Origin: Octopus sinensis | Lineage: Eukaryota | NCBI RefSeq assembly: GCF_006345805.1 | Contig: NC_043026.1 | Coordinates: forward strand, 7,626,001 to 7,690,000 | DNA: 64,000 nt | Reading direction: 5' to 3' | Shown here: in pieces, positions 53,490 to 64,000 of the stretch | Layout: each line of letters opens with the position of its first letter | Position numbering within the stretch: position 1 is the stretch's first letter | The notes under the pieces: generated by a model | The model's input: only the letters and a program-made list of their open reading frames with translations | Databases searched by the model: none | Told to the model about the DNA's origin: nothing | Made by a program: the position numbers and the translations under genes

Positions 53490-54745
53490 ATCATCATCAT
53501 CATCGTTTAGCGTCCGCTTTCCATGCTAGCATGGGTTGGACGGTTCTACTGGGGTCTGTGAAGCCAGAAGGCTTCATCAGGCCCAGTCAAATCTGGCAGT
53601 GTTTCTACGGCTGGATGCCCTTCCTAACGCCAACCACTCCGTGAGTGTAGTGGGTGCTTTTTACGTGCCACCTGCACAGGTGCCAGACAGAGCTGGCAAA
53701 CGGCCACGAACGGATGGTGCTTTTTATGTGCCACCGGCTCGAGGGCCAGGCGAGGCTGGCAACAGACACGAAACGGGGCGGTGCTGGCAACGGTCGCGAA
53801 ACGGAAGGTTCTCTTACATGCCACCGGCACTGGTAACACATCTGCAATTTCCATTGATCGATTTCGATTCTGATCCTCACTTGCCTCAACAGGTCTTCAC
53901 AAGTAGAGTTTTGTGTCCCAAGAAGGGAAGGTATGCATACGTAGGCTGGCTCCATCTCATGTAGCAGGCCACGGGTTATGGACTCACTTGTCCTGCCGGG
54001 TCTTCTCGCGCACAGCACACTTCCAGAGGTCTCAGTCTCTAGTCATTTCCTCAGTGAGACCTAAAGTTCGAAGGTCATGCTTCACCACCTCGTCCCAGGT
54101 TTTCCTGGGTCTGCCTCTTCCACAGGTTCCCTCAACCGCTAGGGTGTGGCACTTTTTCACACAACTATCTACATCCATTCTCGCCACATGACCATACCAG
54201 CGCAAACGTCTCTCTTGCACACCACAACTGATGCTTCTTAGGTCCAGCTTTTCTCTCAAGATACTTACACTCTGCCGAGTATGAGTACTGACATTACACA
54301 TCCATCAGAGCATACTGGCTTCATTTCTTGCGAGCTTACGCATATCCTCAGCAGTCACGGCCCATGTTTCACTGCCATGTAGCATGGCTGTTCGTACACA
54401 CGCATCATACAGTCTGCCTTTCACTCTGTGCGAGAGGCCTTTTGTCACCAGCAGAGGTAAGAGCTCTCTGAATTTTGCCCAAGCTATTCTTACTCTAGCA
54501 GTTACACTTTCAGCACACCTGCCCCCGCTGCTGACTTGGTCACCTAGGTAACGGAAACTATCAACTATTTCTAGTTTTTCTCCCTGGAAAGTGACGGAAG
54601 TTGGTCTCAGAGCATTTTCAGTGTTTATTGTTCCTGAGCATCTGCCACATACAAAAACCATCTTCCTAGTTAGCCTTCCTTTGACATTGCTGCATCTCTT
54701 ATGTGTCCATAGCTTACACTTGGTGCATCTTATAGAGAAAAGAAT
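53490..54745 (-). mobile_element. RTE-clade LINE (RTE-X-like, Cys-rich insert), 5'-truncated, with 3' UTR and (ATG)n tail
   Basis: CTKCKLWTHKRC...CGRC, FRYLGD, LHGSETW, RRLRWYGHVARM and GRGRPRKTW; repeated GGTGCTTTTTACGTGCCACC units in the 3' UTR. Confidence 0.9.
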
Positions 54746-54827
54746 GGAGTCGAACGAAGATGTTAGCAAAATTTCTTTACTCTCGAATTTTCCATGCTGA
54801 CGGTAAACATAGGATAATTCATTCACC

Positions 54828-54872
<45 letters not shown>

Positions 54873-55123
54873 TATATATATATACATACACACACACACA
54901 CACATATATATATACTAATACCTATATATTCACACACATATATGCCCAGGTACTTATATATATATGTATGTGTGTGTATATATATATATATTCATTCGTT
55001 GTTGTCATTGTCATTATCGTCGTCGTCATCGTAGTAGTAGTAGTAGTAATATATATGTGTATATATTTTCACACACATGCCTAAGTAAAAACTGAGATAA
55101 ACATATATGCAAATTCATGTTGC

Positions 55124-55196
<73 letters not shown>

Positions 55197-55945
55197 TAGA
55201 TAGGGGAAATGAAGTAACAGTTAAATTTCATTGAAACCAGAGGAGTACCACATTGAATAATGGACTCCAAGATACACAATGATCCTTTAAAAAAAGCAAT
55301 GGAATTTATGGTGATTTATGTCTGGGCCTGCTTCAGTCATCTTTGAGAGCTGAGCTGAAGACTGAGGGGAGGCACAGTACTGTTAAGTTGGCCCTGACCT
55401 TGAAAAACTTGTCAAAACATTATGAAAGTGTTCTGAGATAAGGAACCAGAGTTGTGCTGTGAGATAATTGCAAACACCACGCTATACCCTTGGGGAGGGG
55501 AGTAGGGCATGGATGGAGGTCACAAGATAATAGACATTCAGTTGCCACCACCCCTGCCATGGCCTTCAACATAATTACTGCTACTAACACACAGCTGTCA
55601 CTGCTGCTGCTACTACAACACACATTACTCTGAGTGCATAAAAAGACGAGATGGTCATGGCTAGAACATCTTTGATCATATGTCTGTCTGGATCAGGACT
55701 GACCTGCGGTTAAACAACAATGAAAACAGTACAAAGGGTGGATGGATATAGAACATACCAGCTGATGTCAACAGCAGAGAGAGAGAAGGAGAGACAGAGG
55801 AGAAAGAGACGGGGGGGGTGCGAGGAGAAGGAGATGTTGACATGTGACCTGATTGGCCAACCAGTGCCAGCTGAAGCCATTCTCTCCCTCCCACCCCCCG
55901 AAACAGGGGAAGTTACTCTGCAAATTCCAGCCGCGAGTTATTCAA

Positions 55946-56206
55946 CACGTGGTTCTCAATTAGGGTCCACATAGTCCTTGGTGGGAGGAGGGGAACATGG
56001 CCCTTGAGGGTGCATATAAGATTGGGGGGAGGGGGCACATAAGATTTTGTTAAAATTGCTTATACTTCTAAAATACACAAAATATTTCAGTAGTTTCTTA
56101 AATTATAAAAATAGGATCTTTTTAAACAGCGAATGGCTATGAAGGTCCATTCAAGTAAAATAGGAATCAAAAAGGGTCCATAAGTAAAAATAGGTGAGAA
56201 CCACTG
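55946..56206. mobile_element. hAT/Charlie-like MITE
   Basis: CA(C)GTGGTTCTC...GAGAACCACTG termini; no TSD preserved. Confidence 0.55.
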
Positions 56207-57589
56207 CATTGGACAAAATGTCTTTGTATTATTTCTTCTAACACCTTGAGTCCTGTGTTCAAATCTCATTGGGTTCATATTAACCTTTTATTGTTGCAGG
56301 GGTGAATAAAGGAAGAACGAGTAGAAATGGTAGAGCAGCAGAACAGGTTGTCTGGTGGGTTCAAATCCCGCCATGGCCAACTTAGGGGAGAGACTTAATC
56401 TGTCACCAGGTCCTTGGGGACCATTAGTGGACCCTATGTCATATTGCTGGCCTAAGGGTACCCTTCTCTACCACCCCACCACTACCTGTCTCGTAGGTCC
56501 TACATACTGCACCTCCTTCCTTATTGATCAATAGATAATAAAGAAACAAATGAAAAAACAGGGGTTAAAATACAACGCTAGAGTAAAAGACATCTGATTC
56601 TAAAGTAAACTCCTTAACACCTATATATACACCTATATATAACACCTATATATCATCATCATTATCATTTAACGTCCATTGTCCATGCTGGCATGGGTTG
56701 GACTGTTTGAACTAGGCTGGCAAGCTGAGGGACTGCACCTGACTCCAGTTTGATTTGACATGTTTTCTATGGCGGGATGCTATGGCTGGACGCCCTTCCT
56801 AGTGCTAACCACTCCAAGGGTGTAACAGGTGCTTTTGTGTGCCACCGGCATGGGTGCCACTTGTGTGACACCAGTATCTGACACAACTACAATTTCACTT
56901 GGCTTTATGCGTCTTCAACTCAAGCATGGCAAATTGCCGAAGATCTCAGTCATTTTCATTGTCTCCATGAGGCCCAATGCTCAAATACACACACACATAC
57001 ACACACACACCTATATATGTATGTGCATGTGTGTGTGTGTGACCGTTAAAGAATGATGATGATGATGATGATGTGTGCGTGTGTAGTTTGATAGAATGAA
57101 GTTCCATGTATATAAGGGTACTTTATTCCCTGAAACCCCTGAGAAATGAAAGAGAAAGCTGACCTGACTGAGAGTTGAACATAGAACATAACCAGAACTA
57201 AATGTTGCAACATTCCAACAAGTTTTCCTGAATATTACTTATCATTGAAGGCAACCCAACCATAACCACCCAGCTGAAAATGTTATAAATACCAACATTA
57301 AATCTTTATTTAAGACAGTAGAGTGTAATCTGAAGGGGATTTAGCTTCTAGCTCTAGCTTGTTGATCAACCACATAGAAGTTATCCCATTGGCACAATAG
57401 GTGTGGCCCACATGTGATTCCAGCAGTTGAGAGGGTCATATATGGATCAACACAACACTGCATGGTTGTTTATTCTAAGGTCAACCCTATTCCAGCAATA
57501 TTCAAAATGAAGACAATCCAAGTATGTCCATCCAATATTTTTTTTGTATCTCCATAATGACATTGTCCAATATGTCTTTCCTTTCTATA

Positions 57590-57780
57590 ACGAGAGAGAG
57601 AGAGAGAGAAGACACGAGGGAGAAAGAGAAAATATGGGAGAGAGAGAGAAGACTCGAGGGAGAAAGAGAAAATATGGGAGAGAGAGAGAGAGAGAGAGAG
57701 AAGATCGAGGGAGAAAGAGAAAATATGGGAGAGAGAGAGAGAGAGAGAGAGAAGACTCGAGGGAGAAAGAGAAAATATGG

Positions 57781-57867
<87 letters not shown>

Positions 57868-57905
57868 AGACTCGAGGGAGAAAGAGAAAATATGGGAGAG
57901 AGAGA
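57590..57905. repeat. Compound minisatellite: five ~31-bp cores separated by variable (GA)n
   Basis: AGACTCGAGGGAGAAAGAGAAAATATGGGAG at about 57610, 57650, 57700, 57750 and 57868. Confidence 0.88.
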
Positions 57906-60060
57906 GAAAGAATGAAACAAAGAAGTGTCTCCAATTCTGAATTGTTACTCGAATTAACTCCAGCAAGATTTGAACCCAGAACACATTAAATAAAACCCAA
58001 TCAATATAAGGCATAGTCTACAACATTCTAGAAATACCCGCCAACAAAGGACTTGAATCCACGAACGGTGCTCGACAGAGTGAAATCAGTGAATCCAATT
58101 AAGATGAGTGAATGGGTGAAGGGAGGTAACTCGTTGTATTTGTGGTGACTATATAACACCCGGTCAGGATTGGAAGTCGGACGGTTGCGGTGACGAGGGT
58201 TCCTGTTGATCCGATCAAGGGAACAGCCTGCTCGTGAAATCAACATGCTAGTGGCTGTGTACTCCATAGACATGCGTGCCCTTAACGTACTTCCCAAGGA
58301 GGTTCAGCGTGACAAAGAAAGTTGACATGGCTGGCCCTTTGAATTATAGGACAGGAGCAACGTGAAATAAAGCGTCTTAAGGACACAACGCTCTACGCGA
58401 ATCGACCTTGCCCCTTTACGATCGTAATCCGAAGACCCTAACCACTAAGCCACGAGCCTTCGTGTGTGTGTGTGTGTGTGTGGTTGTGGTTATAGTGATG
58501 GTGAAAGTGAAAGCAGCACATCTACACACAAAAATATATTATACATACTCTGCACAGTACCTGGCCATGTATCTGGACTCCTGTCCGTCACTCAGTGTGC
58601 CTGACTCCTTCTCTCTCTCTCTCTTAATATATATCCAATATCCATGGCTTCCTCACTCCTGAAGAAGGAACTTCTCCCACCGTTGTCTGTCTATGGTCAG
58701 GCTTGGCCTTGGTAGGCCCCACATAGCAGATCATCTCGCCACCTTCACTTTGGTCACCCTTGTGATCTTGTCCATTGTTTGTTTGTTTGTTTGTTTGTAT
58801 GTATGTATGGATGGATGTATGTATGTATGTATGGATGTATGTATGTATGTATGGATGTATGTATGTATGTATGTATGTATGTATGTATGTATGGATGGAT
58901 GGATGGATGGATGTATTGATGTATGTGTGTATGTATGTATGGATGTATGGATGTATGTATGAATGTATATATGAATGTATGTATGTATGTATGTACGTAT
59001 GTATACAAAGATAAAATTTGGCAGTAATACTCGTGCAAAATTTTTGGTCCACTAAGGTCTGCATGATCCCTCAAAGACCCTCTTCACCCTATTGACATGA
59101 TCCAGAGACAAGCCAAGGCAAGATATCCAGAGCCAATAAGGGTCACAGGCTCAGGAATGTGGCAGGGCACAAGCAAAAGACCCCCAAAATTTCCAATGCC
59201 ATTCCCTGCATATCCAGTTTTATATCAGTGTAAACTTCTAGAGACATGCTTTAACAAAAGCTAAGGGCTACCTCACTCCCAGTCACCATCCAGCATGCCA
59301 GAATTTCTGAGGGCCCATACTAGAAAAAACTAAATTAGCTTTCACCTGCAAAGAGGTTCAATCCGTAGTGTCAGCCACCTTGAATCAGTCGCATCTACAA
59401 TGGCTATCTCCTGGACAGTTCAGCTATTTCAGTTCCAAAACCAAACATCTGCAGCAAATAGGGCACCTGATCTTGCTGGGAAACTGAGGCAGCTGACTTC
59501 ACAAGGGAGTGAAACTGAATTGAATGTCTTGACACAGCCTCATCACCAAATCCTGAGATTTGGTTGACATTACTTGGTAAGAAAGGTCGAGCCTGTCCTT
59601 AGCAGGCAATTGTTACTTTTAGCCATGACAATCATTTTTGCTTTAGGAGGCAAAACAATATCTGGTCAGAGTGATGTTCACCCAATTCTTCTGAGAAGAC
59701 AATTTTGCCTTTCAGACTCTCCAAGTCTGAGATTTGACGTAAAATTTTTTTTAAAAAGAGGGGGGGGGGGAAACACTACTTTTCACTTTGGAAGCCTTAA
59801 AACCTTTCCTCATGAATTTGATATCTTTGGGTGGAGATGCTAATAATTCTCAAGGTATTAGACTCCATTTTCTTTCATATATATATATGTGCGTGTGTGT
59901 GTGTGTGTGTGAGAGTGTGTGGATGTAGATGGATGGATCGATTGATCGATAAGTGCATGAGTATGTGTGTATATATATATATTGTGTGTACGTGTATGAG
60001 AATATATATATGTGTGTGTGTGTGTACATGTGTAAATATGTGTGTGTATGAGTGCATATA

Positions 60061-60660
60061 CAGGGGTTGGACAAAATAATGGAAACACCTAGCATCATAA
60101 CATCATAATTTTCAAATATTTATAGAAATACTGTCTCAAAAGAAGTAGTCTCGAAAGTAATGACAGCCTTTGAGAAAGAGGGTGAAAACTCCTCATCAAA
60201 ACAAAACCCCAGAAGAAAACCAAAACTTTCAGATAGGGACTGTCAGACTTTTACGGAAATTGTTATAAGTGATCCCAAAAGTACAGCTCCCAAAATTACT
60301 GCAGAGCTTAATGACCACTTCAGTTTCCACAAAAACTGTTTGCCAGGAGCTGCACAAAGCCAGATTTCATGGAAGGGCTGCAATCAGAAAACCACTACTT
60401 TCAAAAACAAATGTTACAAAGTGTTTAGAGTGGAGTAAAAACCCACAGAATTGGTCCCTAGAGCAGTGGAAGAATGTTATTTTCTCAGACGAGTTAGCCT
60501 TTACCTTATTTCCAACCACCGGCCAAGTATATAAGCGGAGGCAACCAAAAGAAGCATTTGACCCAGACTGCCTTCTTCCAACTGCTGAACATGGGGGAGG
60601 ATCTGTGATGATCTGGGGGGTGGGGCGGACGATATCTTAAAAATCTGCTGACCCACTTGT
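60061..60660 (+). mobile_element. Tc1-like DNA transposon remnant (5' TIR and broken transposase)
   Basis: TA|CAGGGGTTGGACAAAATAATGGAAACACC TIR; RKPLLS...WKNVIFSDE...HGGGSVMIWG with a frameshift; truncated at the 3' end. Confidence 0.88.
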
Positions 60661-61149
60661 ATATTTTATGTGAACTTTTATGCTTCTTTTCCTTTATTTC
60701 TTTATTTTACCAGTCCCTAATTTCATTGTTTCCTTAATTTGTACCCTTCACATCTTCCCTATTTGTCTCCATTGATAGGATATCCCAGAAACAGCTGTAA
60801 GACTTTAAATTTTCTTAATAATAATAACATATATAACATATATGACAACATTTGTTGTCCTCTTTAACAAATATTATATATATACATGAGTGTATGTGTG
60901 TGTATGTGAGTGTTTATGAGTGTATGTGTATAGGCATAGGCGTGGCTGCTATGGTAAGAAATTTGCTTCCCAACCACATGGTTCAGGGTTCAATCCCACT
61001 GCATGGCACCTTGGGCAAGTGTCTTTTCCTATATCCTCAGGATGACCACGGCTTTGTGAGTGGACTTGGTAGATGGAAACTGAAAGAAGCCTTATCATCA
61101 TCATCATTTAACGTCCACTTTCCATGCTAGCATGGGTTATATATATATA

Positions 61150-62045
61150 TATATTTCTATTTGCCGACGATGTCAAACTGGTCGCTCCTCGCGGTGATAT
61201 AGAGGATCTTCGTCGATGCCTCCACCAAATTTGGAGATGGTCTAAATAATGGGACCTGTGTCTGAACGTGTCAAAGTGCTGTCATCTGCCTGTTGGCTCT
61301 CCTCCTGCAACTCAACTTGATTTCGAGCCGGGTCGTCTGCTGCTGGAGAGGACCGATCAGGTAAAGGACCTGGGTATCTTGGTGGATTCCTCCTTTTCGC
61401 CTTCAGCATAGTGTGTCCATGCTGCCAACAAAGCACACAGAGTTCTGTTCTTGATTCAACGGTCAATCGGAATGCTCACAGCAGCCATATTCCTACCACT
61501 CTATGTCGCGCTGGTGAGACCCATATTGGAGTACGGGATTCAAGCCTCTTCTCCTTATCTCCTCAAAGACATACCTCATCTCGAAAGAGTCCGGAAGCTG
61601 GCTACCCGCATGGTTCTTGGTCTCAAGCATTTGTCTTATAAAGAAAGGCTGAAGACGCACAACCTTTATTCTCTAGAAAAACGCTGCCGCCGTGGTGATC
61701 TCATTCTTGCTCACAACATCATAAGCGGAAAGTGTAACCTCTCAAAAGAGCTGTTCTTCACTCCTGCTCCAGAGCGTCAGCTGTGGGGTCATTCTGAAAA
61801 GCTCTATCTGCGACGATTTCATCTCAATCGAAGGAGAGGGGCTTTCTCCGTCCAGGTTGCAGATCCGTGGAATAAGCTGCCGGACGAGATGGTGAAGATG
61901 CCAACGACTGCTCGGTTCAAAGTCTCCCTTGACCACAAGTGGCCTGAACTCTTTACATGAACACTACTCTGTACATAACTCCATGTCCCCCTACATGGCC
62001 TTGCTTTTTGCTTTTTGAGCCAAAGAATTAACTAACTAACTAACA
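61150..62045 (+). mobile_element. CR1/L2-group LINE, 5'-truncated 3' fragment
   Basis: FADDVKL, VRPILEY, RRGDLI and WNKLP motifs; (CTAA)n tail; 5' end in (TA)n. Confidence 0.88.
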
Positions 62046-63234
62046 TATATATACACACATACGTTTAGCAACAGAAACCAATAGAATGAGTACCAGGCTT
62101 ACAAAGAATAAGTCCTGGGGTTGATTTCTTCAACTAAAAGGTGGTGCTCCAGCATGGCTACAGTCAAAATGACTGAAACAAGTAAAGCAATAAAAAAGAA
62201 TATATGTGTGTGTGTACTTGAAATTTACAGAAAACAAAAGTCAAAGACAGGTGAGGGAACGACAGGTGTAATAATTTGATGGCATAATTGATAAATAAAC
62301 TAAATTTTGATTAGTTAATTAGTAGAGTTAATTACTTTTGCTCAAATAGTGGGAAAGAGGCTGGGGAGAGAAACTCAACCACAGCTTCCCACAGTTACCT
62401 CCCTTTAATTATATATCTATAATAATAAATGCCAGAACTAATTTGTGTGTGTCAGTGTGTCACATTTTGATCCCACTCTCTCACTACTCAGTGAAACTTC
62501 TACACTTCCTCGTGATGGGGTGAGAGTAATAGTAGGCAGAGAGATGGCAGTAGATTGCTGGTCATAATAGTAATGGTATGAGTTGTAGTTGTGATAGAGG
62601 CGGAGGCGACAGTGATGATGGTGGAGGTGGTGGTGGTGGTGGTTGTGGTAGTAGCTGAAGCAGTCGGTGATGATGATGTGAAAGACAGTGGTGATGGTGG
62701 TGGAGGGGAAGGCAGCGATGTCAAAGGTATAGATGGTAGTGACATCAGAAGTCTGAATGGTGTGTGTATGGCAGTTGCAGTGGCAATGATGGTGGTACAG
62801 GTGATGATAATTGTTGAAAATAATCAACAGAGAGAGAGAGAGAGAGAGAGAGAAGTTAGATAGAAAAAAAAAAATTGTGCTGAACCCTGAATGGGAACAC
62901 AAAAAAATGTTGTTTATCATGCAGCTTTGCAATAAGTTCCAAGTCGACAAATTATATCATTGTTTTGATAAAAATTGTTCATTGCTTGGAAAATATTGGT
63001 TAACTTTAATAAAATTTAATATGTACTCAATTCATAAAGTGTCATTGTTGGGCCCAAGGCCCATTGAAGAGCCCTCCACAGGAGCTAGCTTAAAAGTCAC
63101 CCAATAGGGTCACTTTTAAGTTAGTATATTATATATATATATTTAGAGAGAGAGAGAGAGAGAGAGAGATTGATTGATATACATGCGTACATACATACAT
63201 ATATATTGTGTGTGTGTATATATATATCATCATC

Positions 63235-63965
63235 ATCATTTAGCATCTGCTTTCCATGCTAGCATGGGTTGGATGGTTCAACTGGGGTCTGGGAAGCCAG
63301 AAGGCTGCACCAGGCCCAGTCTGATCTGGCAGTGTTTCTACGGCTGGATGCCTTTCCTAACACCAACCACTCTGTGAATGTAGTGGGTGCTTTTTACGTG
63401 CCAGACGGGGCTGGCAAACGGCCATGGTTGGATGGTGCTTTTTATGTGCCACCAGCACGGGGGCCAGGCGAGACTGGCAACAGCCACAATCGGATGGTGC
63501 TTTTTACGTACCACCAGCACGAGGGCCAGGCAAGGCTGGCAACAGCCATGATCGGATGGTGCTTTTTATGTGCCACCGGCACTGGTATCACAACTACAAT
63601 TTCCATTAATGTTGATCGATTTCGATTTTCCCTTGCCTCAACAGGTCTTCACAAATAGAGTTTTGTGTCCCAAGAAGGAAAGGTATGCATAAGTGGACTA
63701 GCTACATCCCAGGTAGAGGCCATGGGTTATGGTCTCACTTGTCCTGCCGGGTCTTCTCACACACAGCATACTTCCATAGGTCTCGGTCTCTAGTCATTTC
63801 CTCGGTGAGACCTAAAGTTTGAAGGTCGTGCTTCACCACCTCGTCCCAGGTTTTTTTGGGTCTACCACTTCCACAGGTTCCCTCAACCGCTAGGGTGTGG
63901 CACTTTTTCACACAACTATCTTCATCCATTCTCACCACATGACCATACCAGTGCCTTGTCACATG
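63235..63965 (-). mobile_element. Shorter copy of the same RTE family. 3'-UTR-only copies at about 36197-36440 (+), 31960-32110 (-) and 56655-56980 (-).
   Basis: WYGHVVRMDEDSCVKKC...GRPKKTW plus a homologous UTR. Confidence 0.88.
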
Positions 63966-64000
63966 ACCATATATATATATATCACCCCATCGACAAGCCA

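Overview
Eukaryotic, microsatellite- and retroposon-rich DNA. It is most likely octopus/coleoid cephalopod, inferred from its tRNA-derived SINE families and repeat style rather than proven. The left 28.5 kb carry one large minus-strand gene for a secreted large lipid transfer protein (apolipophorin/apoB-like LLTP). I traced 25 exons by hand, all with GT-AG junctions and consistent phases. They total 10,352 coding nt (>=3,450 aa) and run off the left edge. One exon is 5,145 bp, and a TATA/Inr/HNF4-like proximal promoter precedes the gene. A probable second minus-strand gene of unknown function starts near 42,629, with a candidate His-tailed exon beyond a 100-N gap. The rest is transposon debris: three SINE families, RLE-type (R4/Dong-like), RTE and CR1-like LINE fragments, Tc1/mariner, hAT-like MITEs and Helitron ends. 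The most unusual non-coding signals are a near-complete type I hammerhead ribozyme fold inside an inverted-repeat module (31,042-31,187), a perfect 248-bp palindrome beside it (30,762-31,009), a second family of minimal Penelope-type hammerheads, and a 121-nt intronic hairpin. All coordinates were read by eye; exon boundaries should be exact or nearly so, and repeat boundaries are approximate.
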